A program made the position numbers and the translations under genes. From a candidate division WOR-3 bacterium (GTDB lineage Bacteria > Hydrothermota > Hydrothermia > JBDRYB01), in assembly GCA_039803205.1 (NCBI GenBank), contig JBDRYB010000004.1, positions 64,001-128,000 on the forward strand: a DNA stretch of 64,000 nt, in the 5' to 3' direction. The number at the start of each line of letters is the position of its first letter. The stretch's first letter is position 1. This document shows positions 17,527 through 29,029 of the stretch, piece by piece. The notes under the pieces were generated by a model. That model was given only the letters and a program-made list of their open reading frames with translations, searched no databases and had not been told where the DNA came from.

Positions 17527-19383
17527 TTACTTTACCAGCAACTTGGCTGTGGCCGTTCTCTCCCTGCTCTTGTAGACCGCCATGTAAATCCCAGCAGGGA
17601 CAGATGGCCTGAACTCAAAGACACCCGGCCCCATGTCTCCTTCGTGAATAACGCTGAGGAGTCGGCCAGTGGCATCGTAGAGACTGAGCCTAGCGGTTGT
17701 AGGCCCTGGAAGCTCAAGAACCAGAGCGTCCCCTCTTTGGTTCATCCTGAACACAGAGGGCATGGGCTTTGTCTCCTCAACCTTCTCATACAGGGGGCAA
17801 GAGGTGTATTTTATCCAGACCCCTCCCTGGGTCGCTATCTCCCTGTTGACCTGGTCGGCCCTGAGCACTATCCTGTATTGGAAATACTTCTTGCATGGTG
17901 TCCCCAGGAAAATAGAATCAGCCCCTGTTCCCTCTGGTAGGAATATGGGGCCCACCCAGGGCGCGGCCAGTATCTCTGCCACGGTGTTCCCAGCGCGCCA
18001 GAATAGCGCGACAGCGGTATCGTTTGGAATGCAAGTCCCATATCCCCACCCGAACCAGGATATTGCGCCTCCTGAATCCGCTACAGCGTGCAGTTGCAGA
18101 ATTGAGGATTCAAGCCATCCTGACGGGGCGAAGGCGGATACCATTCTGTTCTCGTATATGGCGTGCTCCCCCTCCCTGGTGGCGAATATGTCAATATCAG
18201 GGGTGCACGAGATCTGGTCAGCATCATCAGGATAAACCCAGTGGGAGTTGAAGAAGCCTGCGATGAAATATTCCGTGAATGTTGGGAAAGGAAGAGTCTG
18301 CCGGAAATAGCCGAGATTCGACCAACCCCCTGATATATCCGTGAGGCCGTCCAGATCCATGTCCCTGGCTATACTGCCGTCAGTGTAGCTGCCAGCGTCG
18401 CCGGTAAGGGGAGTCCAAACATAGTTGAAACCTGTTCCGTCATTCAGAAGTCCCTCAAACCTGTATTGACCCAGGGAGTTCGGATATGTGGCTACTGTGA
18501 TGTCAAGGTCCCCATCCCTGTCAAGGTCATTGAACCACATCCCGTCCACGCAGGAGAAGAAATAGCCTACGGTGTTCAGGCTAAAGCTTCCTGATCCATC
18601 ATTGATAAAAACATTGGCCATGCCGTTTCCACAGCAACCGGTCGCCACGAAATCCGGATCAAGGTCCCCGTCAAGGTCGCCAATTGCTAGCCGCCAGACA
18701 TCTATGCCCGGAAGCCAAACAACCTCCTCGGTGAAGTTGCCTGAGCCGTCGTTCCTGTAGAGCCATATTCCGGGGACATCCCACCAGCTTCGGTTTGAAG
18801 CCAGTATGTCCTTGTCCCCATCCCCATCAAAGTCAGCTGAGAAAGCACGGGACCGAGAGCTGCTTGTCAGGGTTGTCGCGGCCCAGGCACCGCCGTTGTT
18901 TCTGTAGAAGATGAGCCTCCCGTTGGGGTCTCCTGCACCTGCGTCAGCGACCACAACATCCCCATCCCCATCCCCATCAAAGTCATCTGCCCAAACCCCA
19001 GCGTAGCCTTCACTCGTGAGTGTTCCAAGGTTTGCTATGTCATGGGGTATGTATGTCCAGTTGGCAACGAACTCATACCAGCGGACTATCTCTCCGCTGA
19101 GAAGGATCAAATCCTTATCCCCATCCCCGTCTATATCAAACGGTGTGAATCCCTGGTAGTGATGCTTGCCGCCAGCGTCTATGCTGTGGGCTGTCCAACT
19201 GGTGAACATCCAAAGGATGGCAACTAGGGAGAGTATGCCCGGATTTGAATAGTTGACATTCTGAGACTGCCAGAAACGGTTTCCCCAGGCCGCTACAGGC
19301 CCCTGAACCCCTGGCCCCCCAGACCAGTCGTTCTGGAAGGCATATATCTGCGATAGGAGCAAAACCATCAACATAATATTCAC
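17527..19383 (-). CDS. Secreted FG-GAP/VCBS repeat protein with T9SS-like C-terminal domain
   Basis: Multiple D(F/L)DGDGD.D repeats; LYDATGRLL...AGIYM...KLLVK tail. Confidence 0.8.
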   Translation of the reverse strand: MNIMLMVLLLSQIYAFQNDWSGGPGVQGPVAAWGNRFWQSQNVNYSNPGILSLVAILWMFTSWTAHSIDAGGKHHYQGFTPFDIDGDGDKDLILLSGEIVRWYEFVANWTYIPHDIANLGTLTSEGYAGVWADDFDGDGDGDVVVADAGAGDPNGRLIFYRNNGGAWAATTLTSSSRSRAFSADFDGDGDKDILASNRSWWDVPGIWLYRNDGSGNFTEEVVWLPGIDVWRLAIGDLDGDLDPDFVATGCCGNGMANVFINDGSGSFSLNTVGYFFSCVDGMWFNDLDRDGDLDITVATYPNSLGQYRFEGLLNDGTGFNYVWTPLTGDAGSYTDGSIARDMDLDGLTDISGGWSNLGYFRQTLPFPTFTEYFIAGFFNSHWVYPDDADQISCTPDIDIFATREGEHAIYENRMVSAFAPSGWLESSILQLHAVADSGGAISWFGWGYGTCIPNDTAVALFWRAGNTVAEILAAPWVGPIFLPEGTGADSIFLGTPCKKYFQYRIVLRADQVNREIATQGGVWIKYTSCPLYEKVEETKPMPSVFRMNQRGDALVLELPGPTTARLSLYDATGRLLSVIHEGDMGPGVFEFRPSVPAGIYMAVYKSRERTATAKLLVK

Positions 19384-19480
19384 ACCTCCATCTTAGTTGC
19401 CTAAAGTATACACCTTCCCTCGTGGATTTTCAAGTTTGCGAGGGCGTCATTAACCCGGATTTGGTCTTTGAGTTGAACCT

Positions 19481-21121
19481 CTAATATTTCCTATCCGATT
19501 CCAGGAGGGATCTGAGGAGGTCAGCCCTTATTGGGTTTTGGAGCTTGCGAAGCGCCTTTGCCTCTATCTGGCGGATGCGCTCACGAGTTACCCCGAATAT
19601 GTATCCTACCTCCTCAAGGGTCTTCGGGGGCTCGTTGTTCAGACCGAATCTGAGCTCTATGACCTTCTTCTCCCTCTTAGTCAGCGTTGATAGGACATCA
19701 TCAAGTCGCTCCCTGAGAAGGATGTCCCTCGCGTCCTCGTAGGGGGTAGGCTGTATGGTGTCAACCAGGAGGTCGCCCATATATGTGTCATCGTTCTTGC
19801 CTATGGGCTTGTCTATTGATATGGGATCCCTCGCCGCTTCCATGGCCTGCTTGACCTTCTCAACCCTCACATCAATGTATTCCGCTACCTCCTTAGCCGT
19901 TGGTTCCCTTCCGTATTCCTGCATGAGAAGGCGAGAGGCCTTTGAGATCTTGGTTATGGTCTCTATCATGTGTATCGGTATCCGGATCGTCCTTGACTGG
20001 TCAGCAATTGCCCTTGTTATGGACTGCCTTATCCACCATGTAGCGTATGTTGAGAACTTGTAGCCCTTCCTGTAGTCAAACTTCTCTATTGCCTTCATGA
20101 GGCCGACATTACCTTCCTGGACGAGGTCCATGAAGTCAAGCCCGCGATTCAAAAAGCGCTTTGCTATACCTATAACGAGCCGGACATTTCCACATGTCAT
20201 CCTTTCCTTGGCTTCCATGAAGAGCTCGTATTCAGCGTTAAGCCTTGCCGCGTAGTCAATCCCGTCCTGAACATCCATTCCAAGGGTCTTCGTGACTTCT
20301 CTGAGCCTGTTCCGCAATCTCCTCAATTCCTGCTTTGCCGTGTCTATCCGCTCAGCGGCATCAGGGTCCTTTGAGCCTTCAAGCAGGAGTATTTCGTGCT
20401 CAAGCTTCCTTATCCTGGTGTCAAGCTCCTTCGCCTTGCTCACCAGGCTCATGAAATCGTCAAGCCAGCGGAAAACTACCTTGGTTTTAGGTTTCAGCGC
20501 GTCTATCTTGTTGACTATCTCAAACAGAGCCCTTTTGGCCTTTTGGGCTTCCTCCTGGCTCACCTCCTCAAACCAGGTCTTGCGCACCATCTCAAAACGC
20601 TCTGTCAGATAAGCAAAAGCCTCAGCGACTCGGGCCTTTTCCTCAGCGTTCTTCTGCCTGCTCGTCCAGTATTTGGAGTCAACCTGAACCAGGTCCTCTA
20701 TCTGCATTATGTCCTTCTCAGTGAGCTCTATTGCCTTGAAGAACTTCTTCAGGCCGAACTTGGTTGAAAAGAGTATCCTGATGATGTTGCGCCTAGCATC
20801 ATCCAGCTGCTTTGAGTATATTACCTCTTCCTCCTTCTTGAGGAGTCGCAGGTTTGATATCTGCTTCAGGTATGCTTTTGCCGGATCGCCGCCTGCACCA
20901 GGGAATTCCTCCTCTGGCACGAAGGATCTCTTCTTGGTCTTGGCACCCGCTACCTCAACCTCCACGCCGGCTTCCATCAGAGCGACCACTATCTCATCCA
21001 TGGAATCAGCCGAATAGCCAACCGAGGGCAGGAGCGCGGTTATCTCCTTGTAGGTTATCCTGCCCTTTCTTTTGGCCTTTTTGACCAGCTCCTCTATGCT
21101 TTCGTCTCTCTTCTCTTCCAT
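19481..21121 (-). CDS. rpoD: RNA polymerase primary sigma factor
   Basis: Region 1.1, [50 protein letters not shown]. Confidence 0.96.
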   Translation of the reverse strand: MEEKRDESIEELVKKAKRKGRITYKEITALLPSVGYSADSMDEIVVALMEAGVEVEVAGAKTKKRSFVPEEEFPGAGGDPAKAYLKQISNLRLLKKEEEVIYSKQLDDARRNIIRILFSTKFGLKKFFKAIELTEKDIMQIEDLVQVDSKYWTSRQKNAEEKARVAEAFAYLTERFEMVRKTWFEEVSQEEAQKAKRALFEIVNKIDALKPKTKVVFRWLDDFMSLVSKAKELDTRIRKLEHEILLLEGSKDPDAAERIDTAKQELRRLRNRLREVTKTLGMDVQDGIDYAARLNAEYELFMEAKERMTCGNVRLVIGIAKRFLNRGLDFMDLVQEGNVGLMKAIEKFDYRKGYKFSTYATWWIRQSITRAIADQSRTIRIPIHMIETITKISKASRLLMQEYGREPTAKEVAEYIDVRVEKVKQAMEAARDPISIDKPIGKNDDTYMGDLLVDTIQPTPYEDARDILLRERLDDVLSTLTKREKKVIELRFGLNNEPPKTLEEVGYIFGVTRERIRQIEAKALRKLQNPIRADLLRSLLESDRKY

Positions 21122-21134
21122 TTCTCAATCCTTT

Positions 21135-22976
21135 TTATTTTTCATCGTTCCAGACAGGCTCGTTTATCCGCGACAGAAGAAGATCAAGCCTGTCCAGTTC
21201 AGCCTCAACCCCACTTCCATCCTCGCGGTTGCTAACCTTTTCCCATATCTCCCACAACCTTTCCAGTAAGATCTTTCGCCTTTCCGGATAACGAACCTTT
21301 CTTTCCCTTATCTTCTCAAGGGTGTTCTTTATGCGGCCCATCAGTCGCTGGGCGCTTAGGGCCGCGTTTGCGGCCTCCGGATCGCTCTCGGTCTTTGCGA
21401 TCCGGGCCTTTTGCCTTCTTATTGCATCAAAGACCATTATAGCAAAGGACATCTTGAGGTCCTCATCCGCTATCTCCTGTGCTGTAAGAACGGCTGAGAC
21501 CATCTCCCCAAGCCCCTCCTCCCGAACGATCTCGGCTACGGGTTTACCTTCCCGCCACAGCTCCAAAAGCCTCCTGGCCGCCGGGTTATTCAGGTCCTCT
21601 GGCTCCAAGAGGGAAAGAACAGAGGAAAAGAATTTCTCCTTTGACCGGGCGATCGCGTGCGCAATAAAGAACACCTCTCTACCCGAGCATTTCTCTTCAT
21701 CTGCGGATTTTTTCACTGGGCCTTGGTTTGAGAGCCTTTGATTCACCCCAGAGACCCAGTCCTGGCCGTATCCGAGAATTTCCCTGGCGGCTGAAAGATA
21801 CGCCTCGCGCTCCTCGGGCAAGAGGGGCCTGAGAATCTCCATGATCTCCCTTTCAAATCCCTTCTTGCCCTCAAGGGAGCTATCGTAAAAACTACTGAAG
21901 AGAAACTCAATCCAATCGGGCGCGCTCTCAAGGGAGACGCGAAGCGCATCAGCGTTTTCTCCTGCAACCAGGCTTGCTGGGTCCTCCCCCTCCGGAAGCC
22001 TCGCAACCTTCACGAGGAGCCCATTCTGGACCAGATATGGGATTGCTCTTCTTGCGGCTAGCCTGCCCGCATTATCGCCATCAAAGGCTATTATCACCTT
22101 ATCCGAATACTTCCTGAGCAACCTGGCCTGGGAAGGGGTCAGAGCGGTTCCCAAAGGCGCGACCGCGTTTTTGAGGCCAGCTTGATGCGAGAGAACCACA
22201 TCAAGGTTCCCCTCAACGAGGACGGCAGAACCAGTCTTGCGCATCTCTTGGCGAGACCTCCACAACCCGTATAAGAGCTCCCCCTTCTTGAAATACTGGG
22301 TCTCAGGGGTGTTCAGATACTTTGGCTCATCACCGCCGAGCGCCCTTCCAGAGAATCCAAGGATGTTTTTGCCTGACGGAGAGTAAACCGGAAAGACAAT
22401 CCTATTTCTGAAAAAGTCAAACCAAGCGCCGGAGGGCCCCCTGTGAACCAGGCCCCCAGCGGCAAGCTCATCCACCCCGAAGCCCTGATCGTGCGCGGCG
22501 CGCAGGAGAGCGTTTTCGCTTGGTGCATAACCGATGGCGAAATCATTGATGCTTTCCGCGGTTATTCCGCGGGACTTGAGGTATTCAAGAGCGATCCTGC
22601 CATCAGGCGAGAAGAGCCTCTCGTGGTAGAACCTGAGCGCGAAATCCAGGGCCTCGGCTGGTCTAGGCTTTTCCCGAGAGGTTGGGGTTTCTGGCTTTGG
22701 AACCCCGAACCGTTCCGCGAGGTAATCAAGAGCCTCCGGAAAAGAGAGCCCTTCGCTCTCCATAACGAATTTTATGGCGTCTCCGGATGCTCCACAGCCA
22801 AAGCAGTAATAAAGCCCAAGGTCAGGCTCCACATAGAAACTGGGGGTCTTTTCTCTGTGGAATGGGCAAAGGGCCTTGAGGCGCCTGCCAGACCTGGTTA
22901 ATCTTATCCCCCTCTCAGCCATGAGCTGGGTTATATCCGTGGCCTCGCGAACTTTCTCTACGAAATCCCTATCCAT
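21135..22976 (-). CDS. dnaG: DNA primase
   Basis: CPFHREKTPSF...CFGC zinc finger; KYLNTPET; TOPRIM VEG, FDGD. Confidence 0.96.
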   Translation of the reverse strand: MDRDFVEKVREATDITQLMAERGIRLTRSGRRLKALCPFHREKTPSFYVEPDLGLYYCFGCGASGDAIKFVMESEGLSFPEALDYLAERFGVPKPETPTSREKPRPAEALDFALRFYHERLFSPDGRIALEYLKSRGITAESINDFAIGYAPSENALLRAAHDQGFGVDELAAGGLVHRGPSGAWFDFFRNRIVFPVYSPSGKNILGFSGRALGGDEPKYLNTPETQYFKKGELLYGLWRSRQEMRKTGSAVLVEGNLDVVLSHQAGLKNAVAPLGTALTPSQARLLRKYSDKVIIAFDGDNAGRLAARRAIPYLVQNGLLVKVARLPEGEDPASLVAGENADALRVSLESAPDWIEFLFSSFYDSSLEGKKGFEREIMEILRPLLPEEREAYLSAAREILGYGQDWVSGVNQRLSNQGPVKKSADEEKCSGREVFFIAHAIARSKEKFFSSVLSLLEPEDLNNPAARRLLELWREGKPVAEIVREEGLGEMVSAVLTAQEIADEDLKMSFAIMVFDAIRRQKARIAKTESDPEAANAALSAQRLMGRIKNTLEKIRERKVRYPERRKILLERLWEIWEKVSNREDGSGVEAELDRLDLLLSRINEPVWNDEK

Positions 22977-22978
22977 GG

Positions 22979-24934
22979 CTATACCTCATACAAAGCCGAG
23001 CTCTCAACCTCCACCCTTGCGTTACCAACCAGAAGGAGGGCCTTTGAGCCGCGGATCTCTATTAGCTCCCCAACAAAGCCCATTGGGGATACCCTGTATT
23101 CCTTTCCGGGCTCAGGGTTTTCTGCCCTGACCGAGAACGCTTTGTCCAAAGAGGCCTCAGCCTTCTTGAGCTCCGAGCGCGCCTCCCGGGCCAAAGCGAT
23201 CCTGCGCTCCGCCCTCGTTTCCTCCCTGAGCTTTCTGGCCAGCTCTTCAATCTCTCTCCTCGCTTCGGAGATTATCCTCTTCGCTTCCGCTCTCGCGGCG
23301 TTTATTATGCGCTCGCGCTCAGCCTCAGCCTCGGCTATGAGGGATCTCTGTTTGGCCAGAGAGGCCTTGAGCTCGGATTCCAACCGGGCTAAGCGCCTGG
23401 ATGTTCTCGCCATCTCCTCGTCGTATCCCTGCATAGCGGCCTCAGCTGAGAGAATCACATCCTCAGGGAAGCCTGCCCTTCTCGCTGAGGCTATAGCGTA
23501 GCTCTCGGCTATTGCTCCCAGCTTAAAAGAGTATGTGGGATTGCCATCTGGCCCCAACTGCGCGGCCGCTGTGAGAAATCCCTCCTGGCCCTTGGCCAGG
23601 TTCTTCAACACTGTGAGGTGGGTTGTGGAGAAGGTCGTGGCACCCGCATCAGAAAGCCTCTTCAGTATTGCGAAAGCAAGGGCTCCGCCCTCAGTCGGGT
23701 CTGTTGATGAGAGAACCTCATCAAAGAAGGCCACGGTCCCAGGCCCCGCGCTCTCAAGAACCTCTCTCACCTCCTCAAGTAGGCCAGTAAAGGATGAAAG
23801 CCCTCGTTCAACGCTTTGCTCCTCCTCAAAACCTATCGCGAACAACCTCTCCGGAAGCCATATCCTTATCTCTTCTCCCGGGAACGGCAAGCCGCACGCG
23901 CCCGCGAGAAAAGCCAGGGCTATTGTCTTCATCGCGATTGTCTTTCCGCCAGCATTTGGCCCCGTGAATATGAGAGCGCTTACATATGGGCCTATCCTGA
24001 GATCAAGCGGAACCGTGTGAGAACTTCCCTTGACCGAAAGGAGTATTGGGTGCTTGGCTCCCCTGAGGACGAGCCCCCTATCCTTGATTATCGTTGGAAT
24101 GCAAGCACCAAAAGCCTCGGCGTAGCGGGCCTTTGCCCAGATCAGGTCCGCTTTGCCAAGAGCATCATAAAGGTCTCTGAGAAAGCCTGAGTTAGCCCTG
24201 GCCCTCTCGGTCAGATCCGAGATTATCCGAGAGACCTCCTCTCTCTCCTCCTCCTCAAGGCGAATGAGCCGGTTCTGCTCATCCACGCATTCCAAAGGCT
24301 CAACATACTGGGTCTCGGTTGTCCGCGAGTATCCGTGAATTATGCCATCCGTCTTAGCCGAGGAGGAGAACGCGAGAACGAACCTCCCGCCGCGAACCGT
24401 CACCACCTCGTCACGGAGCGAGTCCCTATATCTCTCTGCGACGCGCTCCATGAGAGAGATAACCCTTTGACGCTGTCTGCGTTTTGCTTCTCTGAGCCTT
24501 TTCAGGGTCGGGGTGGCGCTATCAACCACCTGGCCATCGGGATCAAAGCTCCCCTGAATGTCCTTGGCCAGGGGGATCAGGTAATACGGATCCGGAACAA
24601 CACCCAGGCTCTCTAGAGCGTCGTATATCCTCGCTCCTGCTGTGATGAGCCAGGAGAGCTCAAGGAGCTCCTTGCCCGTGAGCACCGAACCTATCCTGAG
24701 TTTTTCAAGTGCCTTCTCCGCATCCGGAACATCGTGGAACGGAGGGGAAACCCCCTCTCTGAGGAGTTCAAGGGCTTTCTTCGTCAGATCGTGCTCCCTC
24801 GCGGCTTCATCGGGCTTCATGGGCTTGACGCGAGCTATAGCGGCCCTGCCTGGCGGGGATGACAGAAATCCCCCGATAATTTCGAGCCACAGCCCGAACT
24901 CCAATCGGTGGAGGGTTCTCTCCTCGGCGTTCAT
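22979..24934 (-). CDS. mutS2: MutS2 family ATPase lacking Smr domain
   Basis: TGPNAGGKT, LSSF, FFDE..SSTDPTEG, TTH; coiled coil and KOW; stops at 651 aa. Confidence 0.85.
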   Translation of the reverse strand: MNAEERTLHRLEFGLWLEIIGGFLSSPPGRAAIARVKPMKPDEAAREHDLTKKALELLREGVSPPFHDVPDAEKALEKLRIGSVLTGKELLELSWLITAGARIYDALESLGVVPDPYYLIPLAKDIQGSFDPDGQVVDSATPTLKRLREAKRRQRQRVISLMERVAERYRDSLRDEVVTVRGGRFVLAFSSSAKTDGIIHGYSRTTETQYVEPLECVDEQNRLIRLEEEEREEVSRIISDLTERARANSGFLRDLYDALGKADLIWAKARYAEAFGACIPTIIKDRGLVLRGAKHPILLSVKGSSHTVPLDLRIGPYVSALIFTGPNAGGKTIAMKTIALAFLAGACGLPFPGEEIRIWLPERLFAIGFEEEQSVERGLSSFTGLLEEVREVLESAGPGTVAFFDEVLSSTDPTEGGALAFAILKRLSDAGATTFSTTHLTVLKNLAKGQEGFLTAAAQLGPDGNPTYSFKLGAIAESYAIASARRAGFPEDVILSAEAAMQGYDEEMARTSRRLARLESELKASLAKQRSLIAEAEAERERIINAARAEAKRIISEARREIEELARKLREETRAERRIALAREARSELKKAEASLDKAFSVRAENPEPGKEYRVSPMGFVGELIEIRGSKALLLVGNARVEVESSALYEV

Positions 24935-24936
24935 CC

Positions 24937-25128
24937 CTAGAGCTCTCTGGCTCTTCTGGCCGTCCTTCTTCTAGAAGCGATTGCCTTCTTTTTTCTCCGC
25001 TCGGAAGGCTTCTCGTAATATTGGAACTTCTTGACATCCTGAAGCACTCCATCCCTTGAAACGATCTTGCGGAAGCGCTTCACGAGAGAATCAAAGGACT
25101 CGCCATCTTTGAGTATAACTCCTGACAT
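24937..25128 (-). CDS. rpsU: 30S ribosomal protein S21
   Basis: ESFDSLVKRF, YYEKPSERRKKK. Confidence 0.95.
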   Translation of the reverse strand: MSGVILKDGESFDSLVKRFRKIVSRDGVLQDVKKFQYYEKPSERRKKKAIASRRRTARRAREL

Positions 25129-25157
25129 GCCTCTATCACCTCCTTTCTCTCATGTCC

Positions 25158-25481
25158 TCATCCTGGCGGCCAAGCCATCTGCCTGCCGCCGAGTATGTGA
25201 AAATGCAGGTGGGGAACAGCTTGTCCCGCCTGCGGCCCTTTGTTCAGAACTATCCTGTAGTCGGTGAGGCCAAGTTTCTCTGCGGCCTCTGATATTGCTT
25301 CAAGTATGTCTCCGGCTAGGTCAACGATCTCCTCAATCCTCTCCGCGTGGCGTTTCGGGATCGCGAGGAGATGAACCGGAGCCTGCGGGTTTATGTCCCG
25401 AAAAACGAGGACATTCTCGGTCTCGTGTATGACATCCGAAGGTATTTCGCGGTTGATTATCCTGCAGAAAACGCAATTCAT
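25158..25481 (-). CDS. hinT: HIT family nucleotide-binding protein
   Basis: [27 protein letters not shown]. Confidence 0.92.
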   Translation of the reverse strand: MNCVFCRIINREIPSDVIHETENVLVFRDINPQAPVHLLAIPKRHAERIEEIVDLAGDILEAISEAAEKLGLTDYRIVLNKGPQAGQAVPHLHFHILGGRQMAWPPG

Positions 25482-26623
25482 GCCGCTCTCCTCGCTTCCT
25501 CTTTTATCCTCTCAAAGAATCCGTTTCGTTTTTCCTCTTCAAGGAGCCTCTTGTAGAGCTCTTTTTCGGATTTGCCCAGCTTCTCCGGCGTCCTGGCTAT
25601 GACCCTCACGAAGAGGTCGCCCCTCCCGCCTTTGAGGCCGGGCATTCCCGCGCCCTTTATCCTGAAAGCGGTGTGGGTCTGGGTTCCCGGCGGAATCCTG
25701 ATCTCGTGCTCCTGGCCGCCGAGACCGCCAACCATCACCTTATCACCGAGGGCCAACTGCGCGGGTGAAACGGGAATGTCTCTATATAGGTCATCCCCTT
25801 CTCTCCTGAATACCGGATGCGGTTTCTCATCAACCAAGACATGGAGGTCTCCCCTTTGGCCGCCCCTGGCACCAGCAGAGCCTTGACCCCTGATGAGAAG
25901 CACTTCTCCCTTTCTTATGCCGGCTGGAAACCTGATCTCTATTTCAACCTCCTTCTTTATCCTTCCGCGCCCCCCGCATTCATGGCACAGGGACTCCAGG
26001 ACCTCGCCGGCGCCTCCGCACTCCTGGCAGGTTATGGTTTGGTAGATCGGGCCGAGAAATGTGCGGTGGGCCCTCTGGATGACGCCGCGGCCGCCACACG
26101 CGGGGCAGGCCTTGGTTTTTCCCGTTGTCGAACCCGTTCCCCTGCAGTATCCACAGGGTTCAAATCTTAGAAGCCTTATGCGCTTTGTCGTTTCTCTGGC
26201 CATCTCTTCCAAGCTCAGGGGAACGGTTATCCTTAGATCCTCGCCCGGCCTCGCCTTCAAGCCGCGCTTTGGTCTGGATTGGGTCTGAAACCCGAATAAG
26301 CTTCCCAGAAGGTCACCGAAGAAGTCCCCAAATATGTCCCTGAGGTCATCGTAATGCGAGAAATCCTGCCAGGTGAAGTTCGGTCCTCCCGAGGAGAAGG
26401 AGACATCGCCGTATGTATCGTAGGCTCTGCGCTTCTCGGGATCCATGAGGACCTCGTATGCCTCTGATATCTCCTTGAACCGTTCCTCAGCCTCGGACTT
26501 CTTCTCAGGCGGGACCCTATCCGGGTGATACTTCAGGGCCAGGCGCCTGTATGCTTTCTTTATCTCATCAGGGCTGGCAGACCTTTCAACCCCTAGGATC
26601 TTGTAATAATCCTTGGCGGCCAT
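25478..26623 (-). CDS. dnaJ: Chaperone DnaJ
   Basis: HPD J-domain, four CxxCxGxG. Confidence 0.97.
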   Translation of the reverse strand: MAAKDYYKILGVERSASPDEIKKAYRRLALKYHPDRVPPEKKSEAEERFKEISEAYEVLMDPEKRRAYDTYGDVSFSSGGPNFTWQDFSHYDDLRDIFGDFFGDLLGSLFGFQTQSRPKRGLKARPGEDLRITVPLSLEEMARETTKRIRLLRFEPCGYCRGTGSTTGKTKACPACGGRGVIQRAHRTFLGPIYQTITCQECGGAGEVLESLCHECGGRGRIKKEVEIEIRFPAGIRKGEVLLIRGQGSAGARGGQRGDLHVLVDEKPHPVFRREGDDLYRDIPVSPAQLALGDKVMVGGLGGQEHEIRIPPGTQTHTAFRIKGAGMPGLKGGRGDLFVRVIARTPEKLGKSEKELYKRLLEEEKRNGFFERIKEEARRAA

Positions 26624-26626
26624 TAC

Positions 26627-28525
26627 CTATTCCACCACCTTGTAATCCGTATCATGCGGACCACCATCGCCTCCTTCATCGCTGTCTTTCCCATCGTCAG
26701 AAGGGTTTCCTCCGCTGGTCGCCCCAGTGGTCTGGTATATCTTAGTTGCTATCCTGTTCCAGGCCTCTTGAAGCCTGTCAAAAGCCTTTCTGATGGCCTC
26801 AGGGTCATCTCCTCCTATCTTCTCCCGCAGCTCCTCTGAGAGCCTGTTTATCTCATCCCGCTCCTGGCTTGTCATCCTCTCCCCGAAGTCCTTCATTGAC
26901 CTCTCAACCGAGAAGAGATACCCATCTGCTTGGTTCTTCAGGTCCACTAGCTCCTTCTTGCGCTTATCCTCCTCAGCATGGCGCTCTGCTTCTTCAACGA
27001 GACGCTGAACCTCCTCGTCCGTGAGACCAGATTTTGCGTGTATCTTGATCTGGGATTCTTTGCCCGTTGCCTTCTCTCTCGCGTGGACATGCAGGATGCC
27101 GTTCGTGTCTATATCAAAGGTCACCTCTATTTGCGGGACGCCTCGCGGGGCCGGAGGGATGCCCGTAAGCTCAAACTGGCCGAGAAGTCGGTTTTCGCTA
27201 GCGATAGGCCTTTCGCCCTGATAAACCTTTATCAGGACAGATGGCTGGTTGTTCTCAGCAGTAGTATAGATCTTGGTCTTCTTCGTGGGTATGGTGGTAT
27301 TCCTCGGTATTACCACATCAAAACCACCATAAAGCACCTCAACCCCGAGGGAAAGCGGCGTCACATCAAGAAGGACGATGTCCCTGTCAGCATATTCGCC
27401 AGCTATTATGCCAGCCTGTATAGCGGCTCCAACAGCGACAACCTCATCGGGGTTTATGCCCTTGTGGGGCGTCTTGCCGAAGAAGTTCCTAACAGCCTCC
27501 TGAACCGCGGGCATCCTCGTCTGGCCGCCAACGAGGATCACCTCGTCGATCTCAGAGGGAGAAAGTCCTGCATCCTCAAGCGCCTGCCTGCATATGTTTA
27601 TTGTCCTGTCAATGAGATCCTGAACCATCGCCTCAAGCCTTGATCTGGTAAGGGAGACATCAAGGTGGTGTCTCTCGTAGAGGAAAGGTATCTTAATCGG
27701 TGTCTCCATCTTGAAGGAGAGCTCCTTCTTCGCCTTCTCCGCGGCCTCCCTTACCTGCTGGAAAGCCTGAGGGTTTCCTCGGATGTCCACCCCTGTCTGG
27801 GCCTTGAAGGTCTCCGTGAGCCAATCCGTGATCCTGAGATCGAAGTCATCGCCACCGAGATGCGTGTCTCCTGATGTGCTCTTGACCTCAAACACGCCCT
27901 CAGCTAGCTCAAGTATGGATATGTCAAATGTCCCGCCACCGAGGTCATAGACCGCAACCCGGAGGTTTTTCTCCGTCTTATCCAGGCCGTAGGCCAGAGC
28001 TGCTGCGGTTGGCTCCGGGAGGATTCGCATGACTTCAAGCCCTGCTATGGTTCCTGCATCCTTTGTTGCCTGGCGCTGGGCGTCGTTGAAGTATGCCGGA
28101 ACCGTGATAACGGCCTTGGTTATCTTCTGGCCGAGGTAGCTTTCCGCGGCCTCCTTGAGATACTTCAGGATCTTTGAGGAAATTTCCTCGGGCGTGTAGT
28201 TTCTTCCCTCAGCCGGGATGAAGATCTCAGCCCTGCCCTCCTTTCCCTCAACAACCCTATATGACAGCCTATCAACATCCTCTCTGGCCTCCGTGAACCT
28301 CTTTCCCATGAGGCGCTTTACCGAATACACCGTGTTCTGGATGTTCATGGCCGCGGAACGCTTCGCGAGGGAGCCGACCAGGGTCTCATTTCCGTCAAAG
28401 GAGACGACGGACGGGGTTATGCGTTCCCCCTCAGGGTTCGGTATGATGACGGGATCACCTCCCATCACTATCGCGACAGCAGAGTTCGTGGTTCCTAGGT
28501 CTATTCCGATTATCTTCTCCTTCAT
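26627..28525 (-). CDS. dnaK: Chaperone DnaK
   Basis: GIDLGTTNS, TVPAYFNDAQRQATKDAG, DLGGGTFD. Confidence 0.98.
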   Translation of the reverse strand: MKEKIIGIDLGTTNSAVAIVMGGDPVIIPNPEGERITPSVVSFDGNETLVGSLAKRSAAMNIQNTVYSVKRLMGKRFTEAREDVDRLSYRVVEGKEGRAEIFIPAEGRNYTPEEISSKILKYLKEAAESYLGQKITKAVITVPAYFNDAQRQATKDAGTIAGLEVMRILPEPTAAALAYGLDKTEKNLRVAVYDLGGGTFDISILELAEGVFEVKSTSGDTHLGGDDFDLRITDWLTETFKAQTGVDIRGNPQAFQQVREAAEKAKKELSFKMETPIKIPFLYERHHLDVSLTRSRLEAMVQDLIDRTINICRQALEDAGLSPSEIDEVILVGGQTRMPAVQEAVRNFFGKTPHKGINPDEVVAVGAAIQAGIIAGEYADRDIVLLDVTPLSLGVEVLYGGFDVVIPRNTTIPTKKTKIYTTAENNQPSVLIKVYQGERPIASENRLLGQFELTGIPPAPRGVPQIEVTFDIDTNGILHVHAREKATGKESQIKIHAKSGLTDEEVQRLVEEAERHAEEDKRKKELVDLKNQADGYLFSVERSMKDFGERMTSQERDEINRLSEELREKIGGDDPEAIRKAFDRLQEAWNRIATKIYQTTGATSGGNPSDDGKDSDEGGDGGPHDTDYKVVE

Positions 28526-28531
28526 CTCTTC

Positions 28532-29017
28532 TCACTCCTCCATTTGCATCTCCACCACAACCCTTGCTGGCCTCAGGACACGGCCCCTTAGCTCGTAGCC
28601 GGGGGCCATTACCTCGGCAACGATGTTTGAACCATCCCCTCTCCTCGTCTCAACAACCTCCATAAAGCTTGGATCAAAAGCCTGGCCAGGACTCGGAACG
28701 ATCTTCCTGGCGCCGGCTGACTCAAGCGCTCGATCCATCTCCTCCTTTATCATTATAACGCCCTCCAGAAGGGCTTTTGGGTCTGGATTGCCTTGCGCGT
28801 ATTCCAGGGCCCTCTCCATGGAGTCAAGGGCGGGTAAGAGAGCGAGTATCACCCTCTCCGCGCCCCGTCGTTCCCGTTCCTCAGCTTGGCGCCTGGCCTC
28901 TGCTTTCAGGTTTTCCAGCTCAGCCAGGGCCCTCGCATAGGCTTCCTTATAGCGGTTTCTCTCTTCGGCCAGGCCCCGGAAAAATTCAGACAACCTTTCC
29001 CCTAATCCTTTCTTCAA
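28532..29017 (-). CDS. grpE: Nucleotide exchange factor GrpE
   Basis: LLPALDSMERAL, FDP, GYEL.GRVLRPARVVV; upstream of dnaK. Confidence 0.92.
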   Translation of the reverse strand: MKKGLGERLSEFFRGLAEERNRYKEAYARALAELENLKAEARRQAEERERRGAERVILALLPALDSMERALEYAQGNPDPKALLEGVIMIKEEMDRALESAGARKIVPSPGQAFDPSFMEVVETRRGDGSNIVAEVMAPGYELRGRVLRPARVVVEMQMEE

Positions 29018-29029
29018 AATCAGCTCTAA

